Positions 7,859 to 16,850 of a stretch of 64,000 bases of DNA are shown here, piece after piece (positions within the stretch are counted from its first letter, which is position 1; each line of letters begins with the position of its first letter). The DNA is taken from assembly GCA_022706785.1 (NCBI GenBank), contig JAKJBW010000001.1, positions 12,373 through 76,372 of the forward strand, in the 5' to 3' direction. Position numbers and translations under genes: made by a program. Source of the DNA: Bacillota bacterium. Its GTDB lineage: Bacteria > Bacillota > Clostridia > UBA1381 > UMGS1253. The notes below the pieces were generated by a model. It worked only from the letters and a program-made list of their open reading frames with translations, was not told the origin of the DNA and did no database searches.

Positions 7859-8833
7859 TTACCCACCTAAAATGCTATTCATTATGTCTGCCTTGTCCGT
7901 CACAACATCATTAAAAGGCAGGAAGAAAACATAATAATCGCAGTTTGTATTTGTCCCCATTTCCGAAATCTTATCAATAATTTTTTGCTTGACTGAATCA
8001 ATATCAGTTTTAACTTTGCAATCAATCGCTTCTTTTGGGGTGGTTGAAATTGCTGTCGGAAATTCAAAGGTATACCCGATAAAAATTCCGAATACGTTTT
8101 CAGTTTCAATACTCGAACTCGCATTTCTATATCCAGGTATAATAATTTGTTTTAAGACTTCTGCTTCCTCCTCCGTTGATACAATTTCAGTGAAAAATTT
8201 TGTGTCAAGCAAGTTGAAGTCCGTGTCTTTACGTGAAAAACACTCGGATAAAGATTGAAAAGCCTCATTTATAGCCTCTGTAAACACTTTTTTCATTTTA
8301 GATTCGCCATAGACTATTTGATATGCTTTATATGTAGGATAGTCTTTGACCATAAAATGAATGCCGTCAAATCCTTTCACATAGTCGTTATTGTTCGTTT
8401 TAATTTCAACCTTGGACAACAATTTTTTTGCCCCTAAAAACCCCTCAAAAAAGATGTAGAGCAATAATTCGCCAAGCTCTGCACCAGCCCCCTTGTCGGG
8501 ATTTCCATCGGCAGGTGAAACAGGTCTTAATTTTTTTATCGCATCGTTATATGCAAGCTGCCATTCCTCGTTTTCTATGCTTTTTGAATAGTTTTTTCGG
8601 TTCAGAACATAGTTTGCAATATTATTTTTTATGAGCCGTTTTAGACCTTCATATTCAAATTTTAAGTTGCTATTATTCAGTGCGTACAGCTTTAGTTTCT
8701 GACAAAGCGTCCCGCCAGCAGGAGCAATATCAATTTCCTCGACAAATCGGAAGCACGACAATAAATCCTTGCCTTTTTGAATCGTTAGCGGCAAAGCATT
8801 TTCAATTATTATCTCAAAATCATTTTCAGACAT
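7859..8833 (-). CDS. hamA: PD-(D/E)xK nuclease-like protein, Hachiman HamA (DUF1837)-like
   Basis: ELGELLLY..GFDGIHF..YGESKMKK gives an E/D/ExK layout. AAAGGAG sits 8 nt before the ATG at 8833 (MSENDF..); the longer listed ORF would overlap hsdR. Confidence 0.55.
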   Translation of the reverse strand: MSENDFEIIIENALPLTIQKGKDLLSCFRFVEEIDIAPAGGTLCQKLKLYALNNSNLKFEYEGLKRLIKNNIANYVLNRKNYSKSIENEEWQLAYNDAIKKLRPVSPADGNPDKGAGAELGELLLYIFFEGFLGAKKLLSKVEIKTNNNDYVKGFDGIHFMVKDYPTYKAYQIVYGESKMKKVFTEAINEAFQSLSECFSRKDTDFNLLDTKFFTEIVSTEEEAEVLKQIIIPGYRNASSSIETENVFGIFIGYTFEFPTAISTTPKEAIDCKVKTDIDSVKQKIIDKISEMGTNTNCDYYVFFLPFNDVVTDKADIMNSILGG

Positions 8834-8867
8834 ATCTCTTGCTCCTTTTGACATGGGAATATTTAAC

Positions 8868-11800
8868 TCACTCTGCATATTTCTTAAAATTCTCAGCCTG
8901 TTCAAATATCTCCTTAAACACATCATCATTTGTAACGGGCGGATAGCCGTGCTTGGCGAGGACGAGGATAATATCCACTTTCAACTCTGCTTTAATATCA
9001 TCGCGCCGTGACCAGTCTGTATATTTTGCTTTGTCATCAACAATTATTTTCATTTCTCGCGATAACACAATCAGCTTATCGTGTGAATACTCAAATTCAT
9101 ATTTTTCGGCGATGGAGTTCAATATGTCATAAAATGCTTTTTCTTCAAAATCAATCCCCATACCGACAAACGAACTTTTTTCTGATTTTAATTCCTCAAG
9201 GAGCTTTGCCAACTGGTCGGCAACATCGTCAAGAACCTCATTGGCATATTTTTCATCCTTCCGACGGTTATTGTAATCCTCAATCAGTTTTTTCAAACGG
9301 TCAGCAAATTCCACCCCCTTGATTTTATTGACCTTACGAAACTCCTCAATCGCTTGCGAAAGAAGCTGTTGCAATATCTTTATTTTTGTATTTGGCAGCG
9401 GTATCTTTGCAATTCGCGCCATATATTCATCACTGAAAATATCTATGTCAATATGTTTACCCGTTTCAAACAACGCTTCCACTCCGTCCGCTTGGATTGC
9501 TTCAGCAATCATTTCACGAACACGGGCGTTCATTTGTGTGAGGTCGGGCGCATCACCTTTCGTCAGTTTAAAAAGAATAGAACGAACTGCCACATAAAAA
9601 TGAATATGCTCGCGTTCTTCATCGGAAATGGATTCGCTTGACGCACACAAATCAAATGCCTTTTTCAAACGGCGAACTGCTGCCATAAATCGCAGTTCTA
9701 AATCTTTCGTAAGCTGAACATATTCCACGGCGCGATTCAGGCAATCAAGCTGTTGCTTCGGCGTCCCCGTGAAAAAGTCCGTTTTATTGAAATTATGGAA
9801 CATCTGCGCCAAAACTTCGAGCTGGTCTTTGACAATCGTCACAGACTGCTCGATCCCCTCAAATTCATCTGCGGTAAAGTTTGTGTACTTAGCAAGCGCT
9901 TTGTTCATATTGTTTTTGATACCGATATAATCAACAATCAATCCCTTTTCTTTGCCTTCATAAACACGATTAACACGGGAGATTGTTTGGATAAGCGTGT
10001 GCTGTTGAATCGGTTTATCAATATAAATCGTATCAAGACAAGGTACATCAAAGCCTGTCAGCCACATATCCACGACGATTGCTATTTTGAAATTCGACTT
10101 TGCCTGCTTGAACTGTCGGTCAAATTCCTTGCGGTCGTCTTTTGTGCCGAGCATATTGTATAATTCTTTGACATCGTCCTTATTTCGGGTCATCACCATT
10201 TGAACTTTGGGTGATGCTTTTAATTTTTTTCGTTCATCATCGGTCAACGCTACATCGTCATCACATATTTTTGCCTCAGCCCATTTGGGACGCATTTCAA
10301 TGATGATTTTATATAGGTCATACGCGATGGTGCGGTTTGAACAGACAAACATCGCTTTTCCCGCGACGGTTGCGCCCTCGCGTACACGAGTTTCGTAATG
10401 CCGGGTAACATCAGCGGCAACGGCTCGAAGCCTGTCCGGATCGCCGATAATTACGTCAAGGTGAGCGACAGCTTTTTGACTTTCTTCAATCTGATGCTCA
10501 TTTGCGCCCTGCGCTTCGCATTTTGCATAGTATTCCTCAATTTCACGCAGACGTTCTTCGTTCAATGTGACTTTCGCGGCACGTCCGTCGTAAACAAGAT
10601 TAACTGTGATTCCGTCTTTTACAGATTCGGTCATCGTATAGCTGTCTACAACCGCGCCGAAAACATCAATTGTCGCATCTATCGGTGTTCCCGTGAACCC
10701 GACATATGTGGCGTTCGGCAGGCTGTCATGCAAATATTTAGCGAAACCGTAAGAACGCAGAACGCCCTCAGCTTTGATAACAACCTTTTGGTCGAGATTT
10801 ACCTGTGAGCGGTGTGCTTCATCCGATATGCAAATAACATTATATCGGTCGGTCAGCAGTTGCGTGTCCTCGGTGAATTTTTGAACTGTGGTTAAATACA
10901 CGCCTCCGCTTGTGCGTCCTTGCAATTCGGTCCGAAGTTGCTCCCGCGATTCAATGCTGATAACCGTATTATCGCCGATATAATCTTTCGACGCTACAAA
11001 TTGCGTCGAAAGTTGGTCATCCAAATCTGTACGGTCAGTAATAAGCACAATCGTGGGGCTTTTGAGAAACATATCCTTCATCAACAACCGCGTCAAAAAT
11101 AGCATTGTAAAGCTCTTGCCGCAACCGGTCGCTCCGAAATATGTACCACCCTTACCATCTCCGTCCGGGCGAAGGTGTGATTTTATATTCCCAAGCAGCT
11201 TTTCGGCGGCGAAATATTGCGGGTAACGGCATACTACTTTCAGATCGTTTTTAGCATTATCGGGGAAATATATGTAATGTTTAACCACTTTCAAAAAGCG
11301 GTCTTTACGGAAAAGTCCTTTGACCATACTAACAAGCGAAGGAATCCCGTCAACCTCCGGCGCGTCATCGTCGATTTTACGCCAAGCATAGAAATAATCA
11401 TACGCTGCGAATGAAGAACCGTATTTATTGTTCGCGCCATCGCTGATAACGATAAAAGCGTTATATTTAAACAATTCGGGAATATCCCGTTTATATCTGA
11501 TAGTCAACTGGTCATACGCGTTGGCGATAGTCGTGTTCTCCTTAACCGCGCTTTTAAATTCCAGCACCACAATCGGAAGCCCGTTTACATAGATAATAGC
11601 GTCGGGAATACGCAGTTCATATCCCTGTATTTCAACTTGATTTACAATTTTAAATATGTTGTTATCGGGATTTACAAAATCTATCAGTTCAACGAGAAAA
11701 TCCTTTTGTGCTCTGTCTTCGCGGTTGAGAATGAAACCGTTTTGAATCATCTTGAAAGCCATTTTGTTCGCTTCATATACCGAGCCGGATATAGAACGCA

Positions 11801-11999
11801 GCATGAGAAAGATGCTGTCGATTTCGTTTTTGGTAATACCTTCGGCGGCATAGTGGTCGGCAAGGTAAAGGCGCAAATCATCGGCAAGAAGCACATCAGA
11901 TTTCTCCCGATGCATCTCATCGCCGCGAACATGGGTATAGCCCGCCTCCGTGAACATTTCTATAATTGCTGTTTCCAATGCCTGTTCATTAAATTCCAT
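8868..11999 (-). CDS. hsdR: Type I restriction enzyme R subunit
   Basis: 1043 aa. Walker A GATGCGKSFT, DEAH box ISDEAHRSQ, and a typical HsdR N-terminal nuclease region and C-terminal helical domain. Confidence 0.9.
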   Translation of the reverse strand: MEFNEQALETAIIEMFTEAGYTHVRGDEMHREKSDVLLADDLRLYLADHYAAEGITKNEIDSIFLMLRSISGSVYEANKMAFKMIQNGFILNREDRAQKDFLVELIDFVNPDNNIFKIVNQVEIQGYELRIPDAIIYVNGLPIVVLEFKSAVKENTTIANAYDQLTIRYKRDIPELFKYNAFIVISDGANNKYGSSFAAYDYFYAWRKIDDDAPEVDGIPSLVSMVKGLFRKDRFLKVVKHYIYFPDNAKNDLKVVCRYPQYFAAEKLLGNIKSHLRPDGDGKGGTYFGATGCGKSFTMLFLTRLLMKDMFLKSPTIVLITDRTDLDDQLSTQFVASKDYIGDNTVISIESREQLRTELQGRTSGGVYLTTVQKFTEDTQLLTDRYNVICISDEAHRSQVNLDQKVVIKAEGVLRSYGFAKYLHDSLPNATYVGFTGTPIDATIDVFGAVVDSYTMTESVKDGITVNLVYDGRAAKVTLNEERLREIEEYYAKCEAQGANEHQIEESQKAVAHLDVIIGDPDRLRAVAADVTRHYETRVREGATVAGKAMFVCSNRTIAYDLYKIIIEMRPKWAEAKICDDDVALTDDERKKLKASPKVQMVMTRNKDDVKELYNMLGTKDDRKEFDRQFKQAKSNFKIAIVVDMWLTGFDVPCLDTIYIDKPIQQHTLIQTISRVNRVYEGKEKGLIVDYIGIKNNMNKALAKYTNFTADEFEGIEQSVTIVKDQLEVLAQMFHNFNKTDFFTGTPKQQLDCLNRAVEYVQLTKDLELRFMAAVRRLKKAFDLCASSESISDEEREHIHFYVAVRSILFKLTKGDAPDLTQMNARVREMIAEAIQADGVEALFETGKHIDIDIFSDEYMARIAKIPLPNTKIKILQQLLSQAIEEFRKVNKIKGVEFADRLKKLIEDYNNRRKDEKYANEVLDDVADQLAKLLEELKSEKSSFVGMGIDFEEKAFYDILNSIAEKYEFEYSHDKLIVLSREMKIIVDDKAKYTDWSRRDDIKAELKVDIILVLAKHGYPPVTNDDVFKEIFEQAENFKKYAE

Positions 12000-12022
12000 G
12001 CCGCTTTTACCTCCTTGGGTCG

Positions 12023-13015
12023 TTATCCCAAATATCGCCGATGCGCGATTTTCACATTATTTTGATTTACCATTGCGTAGTGCATAGTCGTATCAATTTT
12101 CACATGACCGAGCAGCCTTTGTACCTGCTCAATAGGCATCCCTTTGTCAATTGCCACCGTTGCCAGTGTTCGTCGGAATCGGTGGGGATGCACCTTGGCG
12201 ACTTGTGCCTCTTTTCCGAGTTTTTGAAGAACCCGCTCCACGCCGCTGATTGTCAGCCGGTTATACGGCGACTTGCTTGATATAAACAGCGCGGGATCAT
12301 TGTCAGTCCGTTTTTCCAAATATTCCGCCAGATGCAGTTTAGTCCGTGCGTCGAAATAAACCTCCCGCTCGCTTTCGCCTTTGCCGAATACGATACACGA
12401 CCGTTCATTAAAATTAATGTCCGTACGGTTCAGCCGCACCAATTCGCCGACGCGGACTCCCGTTGACACGAGGATTTCCACAAGCGCGAGATTACGGAGA
12501 TTTCCGCAAGTGTCCCGCAAAACTTCTAAATCCTCATCCGAAAACGCTTCCTTGATGATCTTTGCGGTTTTTACCTTGTGGATTCGCCGGACAGGGCTTT
12601 TTACGATATAATCCTCATCCTCCAGCCAAGAGAAGAAACTTGAAAATATCCGGCGAATATTATCAATCGTAACCTTGCTCGAACGGTTCTCCTGCTGATA
12701 TTTTGCGAGATAGCCGCGCAAATCGTCGGTGGTGATGTCTTTGACCCACTTGCCCAGCGCAATCATCAGTTTTGTAATCGTCGCCCGGTAGTATTCCAGC
12801 GTTTTTTCGGAACAGCCCTCTACACGCTTCGCTGCTATAAAGCTTTTGAGGAAATGCGCGTTTTCTTTCATGTCGTCCAAATCCTGATTTGTCTGTTCCG
12901 TTACCGCCGCCCTTGCAAGCTCGCGACATAATACATTTTTCAATTCCTCCGCCTGCCTGCTGTCGATAATCCCTGCCATGCCGTGCAGGATGTTCCTGAT
13001 AAATTGCTCTTTCAT
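12023..13015 (-). CDS. Tyrosine recombinase (Xer/integrase-like) embedded in the R-M locus; likely hsdS invertase
   Basis: 330 aa. Contains ..HPHRFRRTLAT..LLGHVKIDTTMHYA.. (R-H-R-Y). Lies between hsdR and the invertible hsdS region. Confidence 0.85.
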   Translation of the reverse strand: MKEQFIRNILHGMAGIIDSRQAEELKNVLCRELARAAVTEQTNQDLDDMKENAHFLKSFIAAKRVEGCSEKTLEYYRATITKLMIALGKWVKDITTDDLRGYLAKYQQENRSSKVTIDNIRRIFSSFFSWLEDEDYIVKSPVRRIHKVKTAKIIKEAFSDEDLEVLRDTCGNLRNLALVEILVSTGVRVGELVRLNRTDINFNERSCIVFGKGESEREVYFDARTKLHLAEYLEKRTDNDPALFISSKSPYNRLTISGVERVLQKLGKEAQVAKVHPHRFRRTLATVAIDKGMPIEQVQRLLGHVKIDTTMHYAMVNQNNVKIAHRRYLG

Positions 13016-13068
13016 TTATTTGCTGCCTCCTTGTGTTTTTTCGGCGTTGCCGCCATATTTATTGCACA

Positions 13069-13092
13069 AGGTCAGCTAAATGATAATTTAGA
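13069..13092. repeat. hsdS recombination repeat, copy d (plus-sense QLNDNLE)
   Basis: GGTCAGCTAAATGATAATTTAGAG, identical to 14228-14251. Lies just past the hsdS stop. Confidence 0.85.
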
Positions 13093-13095
13093 GAC

Positions 13096-14205
13096 TTAGG
13101 AAGATGTCAACTGAGAAAGTAGTGTTGTTTGTAAGCGTATAAGCTGTTTAATCTCCTGTTTAATCTCGGATATATTAATAAAAAGAGGCTCACATATCAT
13201 CGCAAAGTCATTAAGAGAATTTAGTGTTGGTACTAAAATGATTGTCTTTTTGAAATCAGGAACCGTAATCTGCTGCTGTGATGTACCCGTACTATTCATT
13301 AACGAATTTTTCAAGTAGAAGTATATATACTTCGCTGAGATAACAGTTTTTTTCGGGACTACTGATATAAGCCTGACAATGGGTACATAGGGCTGCTCTC
13401 GCAAAAAAACATATCCGACTGTACCTCTTGCAGAAACAGTAACACTTTCCTCGAATATTTTAGCTTTGTTTGTATATCCGTAAAGTCCTTCATCAGATAT
13501 TCCGTTTGAATAGATTGGTATTTGGCATTCTTCGGTAAAAGTCTCTTTGAAAACTAAAGGTCTATCTCCGCCAGCACTTAATTCCGCTACTTTTTCAAGT
13601 GTTAGAAATTGCCAGCCTTTAGGAAGCACGGTTTTGTTCTTCAAGTAGGCATCAAATTTATACTTGAAAACTGTTTCTGCCGTAGCCTCTAAATTATCAT
13701 TTAGCTGCCGTTTCAATGCGATTCGGTCGGTTATTGCCTGATGCGCTTTGACAACCGCCTTTTGCTTATCGAGCGAGGGAACGGGCAGCTTCATACCGCA
13801 AAAATCGTCCCAAGTCATACTTCCGCGTACCCCGCCTACACCGAGGAAACTGGCTTCACGGTCAAATTCAGAGCGTTTGAACCACATCGCAAGGTACTCC
13901 GGCATCAGTTCTTGCGGATCTGTGACCTCAAAAACATGATAAGCAGGCGACACTATGGCAACTTCGTAGTCAGCAAGGCGGTCGATGGGAATCTTTTCAT
14001 CACGGCTGACCTGCATAAGGCTACAAGCAAACTGATTTTTCCGAATGACCTTATACTTAGTCAAGTCTGTGCCGATGGTATTTGCTACTGAGGGCATAAA
14101 GCGCTTGTTTATGCTCACACCAAGTAAAAGCGTTGCCTGTGAATCAGTGTTCCGCTCATCTACGGGTCTTATATAGTCCCTTATTGGAGTGTAGTTTGTG
14201 TGCAT
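13096..14205 (-). CDS. hsdS: Type I R-M specificity subunit, full length (TRD1-b + TRD2-b)
   Basis: 369 aa with two target-recognition halves separated by the conserved RQLNDNLEATAE, and a C-terminal coiled-coil QLIRLQTTLLSQL. Confidence 0.9.
   Translation of the reverse strand: MHTNYTPIRDYIRPVDERNTDSQATLLLGVSINKRFMPSVANTIGTDLTKYKVIRKNQFACSLMQVSRDEKIPIDRLADYEVAIVSPAYHVFEVTDPQELMPEYLAMWFKRSEFDREASFLGVGGVRGSMTWDDFCGMKLPVPSLDKQKAVVKAHQAITDRIALKRQLNDNLEATAETVFKYKFDAYLKNKTVLPKGWQFLTLEKVAELSAGGDRPLVFKETFTEECQIPIYSNGISDEGLYGYTNKAKIFEESVTVSARGTVGYVFLREQPYVPIVRLISVVPKKTVISAKYIYFYLKNSLMNSTGTSQQQITVPDFKKTIILVPTLNSLNDFAMICEPLFINISEIKQEIKQLIRLQTTLLSQLTSS
13677..13709. repeat. hsdS recombination repeat, copy c (inside the full hsdS, minus-sense)
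   Basis: 13677-13707 is a perfect 31-bp reverse complement of 14231-14261. Confidence 0.85.
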
Positions 14206-14227
14206 AGGTCTTCCTTTCCGCTGAACT

Positions 14228-14261
14228 GGTCAGCTAAATGATAATTTAGAGGCTACGGCAG
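14228..14261. repeat. hsdS recombination repeat, copy b (plus-sense)
   Basis: Direct repeat of 13069-13092 and inverted repeat of copies c and a. Confidence 0.85.
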
Positions 14262-14785
14262 GGGCTTTGTTCACCGAAATGTTCTTGGGGTCAGATAGCG
14301 GTGTAACTGGGAAACTATCCGACCTTATGGACTTCAAAAACGGTAAATCACGACCCGACGACAGTGGTCAAATACCTGTTTATGGTGGCAATGGAGTGTT
14401 GTCCTACACGAATATCTTCAATGCTACTAACGTAGTAGTCATAGGGCGAGTTGGCGCATATTGCGGGAGCCTTTATTTGGAGTTTGGAGATTGCTGGATA
14501 AGTGATAATGCCATCTATGCCAAATCCAAACTTTGCCCCGATGAATACTTCGACTACTTTCTGCTTAGAAGTCTGTCAATAGGCGATCACCATATTGGAA
14601 CGGGACAACCGCTTCTGACACAAGGCATACTTAATTCGGTTGAAGCACCTATTCCAAGCGTTAAAGATATTGGCAAATTCAACAGCAACGCCAAACCGCT
14701 CTATGACAGAGTTGTGAGTAATCACACTGAAATAGAGGCTTTGAGCAATATGCAGGGCGTACTGCTTGCCAATCTCGCCCGTTAA
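14231..14785 (+). other. Silent inverted hsdS half-cassette (TRD2-c), promoterless
   Basis: The plus-strand frame reads QLNDNLEATAGALFTEMF...VLLANLAR*. It begins in the conserved repeat and has no start codon or SD of its own. Confidence 0.8.
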
Positions 14786-15298
14786 ATTATCATTTAGCTG
14801 CCTTAAATGCCTAATCCGCTTCTCGATGGTGTCATACGCCAAAACAATCCTTTTCTGCTCATCAATATCCGGCACGGGCAGCTCGACTTTGCGCAATTCA
14901 TCCCAGTCAAAAATCTCGCGGACACTGCCGTGGCTCTTAAAACGGGCATAACGGTCAAACTCCGGGCGTTTAAACCATAACATCAAATATTCCGGTAACA
15001 ATTTCTCTTTATCCGCCACCTCGAAAACAGTATAAATATTGGAAACAAGCCCTTCTTCCCAATCTTGTAATAACGCAATAGCAATACGATCGCCGCGGCG
15101 AGAGGTGTCAGGAACGTATGTAAACTGACCTTTTTGCACAACTTTATATTTTGAAAAATCTGTACCAACCGTATTCGCAATAGATGGCATAAAATATTTT
15201 TGCGTGGTCACACCGAGCAAATTTTCTTCTTTGCCCGCAGTGTTCCGCAGATCAATCGGTTGTATGTATTGTCCAAGCGGTTTATAATTCGATTTCAT
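14576..15298 (-). CDS. hsdS: hsdM-proximal hsdS, currently TRD1-a only, running into the antisense of the silent cassette
   Basis: The first ~165 aa are a good HsdS TRD ending in RQLNDNL. The remaining ~75 aa (TGEIGKQYALHIAQSLYF..) are antisense of 14576-14785. Its start overlaps the hsdM stop. Confidence 0.75.
   Translation of the reverse strand: MKSNYKPLGQYIQPIDLRNTAGKEENLLGVTTQKYFMPSIANTVGTDFSKYKVVQKGQFTYVPDTSRRGDRIAIALLQDWEEGLVSNIYTVFEVADKEKLLPEYLMLWFKRPEFDRYARFKSHGSVREIFDWDELRKVELPVPDIDEQKRIVLAYDTIEKRIRHLRQLNDNLTGEIGKQYALHIAQSLYFSVITHNSVIERFGVAVEFANIFNAWNRCFNRIKYALCQKRLSRSNMVIAY
14783..14806. repeat. hsdS recombination repeat, copy a (in the hsdM-proximal hsdS, minus-sense)
   Basis: TAAATTATCATTTAGCTGCC. 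The 18-bp core TAAATTATCATTTAGCTG is shared by all four copies. Confidence 0.85.
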
Positions 15299-16850
15299 AT
15301 CCCAACTCCTTAAATACGGCGAGCAAGTCGGATTTCGACTGTTCCTCCGCGATTAGCAGCTCCCGCAGTTCCGACTGAAGCGTTTTCATCTTGGTATCAA
15401 AATCAATGTTTTCATCGCGGTTGATAAATTCAATATAACGGCTTGGCACGAGAGTGAAGCCCTTTTCGGCGATTTCATCATATGTCGCGTTGTAACAGAA
15501 CTCCGGCACATTCTCATAGCTTTCTTCATACCCAACCTGCTGCCACGCATGATAAACATCGCAGACCTTTTGGCGGTCGGTTTCCGTAAGCTCCACGAAT
15601 TTCTTTTCATAGGGTGAACCCATTTGGCGCAAATCCATAAACAGTATTTCACGCTGGCGGTCGCGATACTTTTTCAACTTTCCATTTTGTTCAACAGTAC
15701 GGGCGGTTTTGTTTTTATTTAAAATCCAAAGCGTCACGCTTATGTCGGTAGTGTAAAACAGACTACGCGGCAGGATGATAATTGCTTCGACAAGATTGTT
15801 TTCAATAAGCTGTTTGCGTATTTTCAGCTCGGTTCCGTCATCTGAAAGCGCACCGTTGGCAAGAAGAAATCCCGCTACGCCATTTTGTGATAGTTTGGAA
15901 ACGATATTGAGAATCCACCCATAATTGGCGTTGCTCGTAGGCGGCACTTCATAGCCGCTCCAACGCGGATCGTCGGTTAGTTCATTATCAGCTCGCCATT
16001 CTTTTTGGTTAAAAGGTGGGTTCGCCATGATGAAATCGGATTTCAAATCCTTATGCTGGTCATTTGAAAAGGTGTTCGCCGCTTGCTCACCGAGGTTTCC
16101 GCTGATGCCTCGAATAGCGAGGTTCATTTTGGCGAGCTTATATGTGGTGTTTGTATATTCCTGCCCATAAATAGAAATATCGCGGGTGTTGCCCTGATGG
16201 CTTTCTATAAATTTGATTGACTGCACAAACATACCGCCGGAACCGCAGCACGGGTCATAAATCTTACCTTTATAAGGCTCAATCATTTCGGCAATCAGGT
16301 TAACGATACATTTTGGTGTGTAAAACTCACCCTTGCCTTTTCCTTCGGCAAGCGCAAATTTTCCAAGAAAATATTCATACACACGCCCGATGATGTCCTG
16401 TTCCGCATCATCAGTATTGATTTTATTGATTTCATCAAGAAGAGAAGCGAGCTTGGCGGTATCAATATGTAAACGGGAATAATAGTTATCCGGCAGCGCG
16501 CCTTTAAGCGACGGGTTGCTTTTTTCTACAGTGAATAATGCGGTGTCTATTCGCAGGGCAATGTCGTCCTGTTTCGCGTTTTCCATGATATATGACCAGC
16601 GGGATTCGGCAGGGAGAAAGAACACGTTTTTCATCGTATAAAACGCGTCCATATCAAGATATTGCTCCTTGCCCTCGCCAATAAGCTCCTGACGGCGCAC
16701 TTCAAATTTATCACTGGCAAATTTCAAAAAAAACAAACTCAAAACAACGTGCTTGTACTCAGCAGGCTCAACAGAACCGCGAAGCTTGTCCGCTGATTTC
16801 CAGAGAGCTTCTTCCATCGTGATTTCTTTTTTCGCTTTAGCAACAGCCAT
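15282..16850 (-). CDS. hsdM: Type I R-M N6-adenine methyltransferase subunit
   Basis: DPCCGSGG (AdoMet-binding) and NPPF motifs, with HsdM N-terminal domain LWKSADKLRG. Start taken at MAVAKAK (ATG at 16850), overlapping the fic stop as TAATG. Confidence 0.9.
   Translation of the reverse strand: MAVAKAKKEITMEEALWKSADKLRGSVEPAEYKHVVLSLFFLKFASDKFEVRRQELIGEGKEQYLDMDAFYTMKNVFFLPAESRWSYIMENAKQDDIALRIDTALFTVEKSNPSLKGALPDNYYSRLHIDTAKLASLLDEINKINTDDAEQDIIGRVYEYFLGKFALAEGKGKGEFYTPKCIVNLIAEMIEPYKGKIYDPCCGSGGMFVQSIKFIESHQGNTRDISIYGQEYTNTTYKLAKMNLAIRGISGNLGEQAANTFSNDQHKDLKSDFIMANPPFNQKEWRADNELTDDPRWSGYEVPPTSNANYGWILNIVSKLSQNGVAGFLLANGALSDDGTELKIRKQLIENNLVEAIIILPRSLFYTTDISVTLWILNKNKTARTVEQNGKLKKYRDRQREILFMDLRQMGSPYEKKFVELTETDRQKVCDVYHAWQQVGYEESYENVPEFCYNATYDEIAEKGFTLVPSRYIEFINRDENIDFDTKMKTLQSELRELLIAEEQSKSDLLAVFKELGYEIEL

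Noticed and set aside
8834-8929. N-terminal extension of the nuclease-like ORF overlapping the hsdR 3' end
   Set aside because: A strong SD (AAAGGAG) precedes the ATG at 8833. The upstream 32 codons overlap the hsdR coding sequence and look non-protein-like.
12663-12929. 88-aa same-strand alternative frame inside the recombinase gene
   Set aside because: It is fully embedded in a CDS with the R-H-R-Y catalytic signature, and it is Gly/Arg-rich with no SD.
14576-14782. C-terminal ~70 aa of the 240-aa hsdS ORF as a genuine domain
   Set aside because: This stretch is the reverse complement of the well-formed plus-strand TRD cassette, so it is read-through junk created by the current orientation of the invertible segment.
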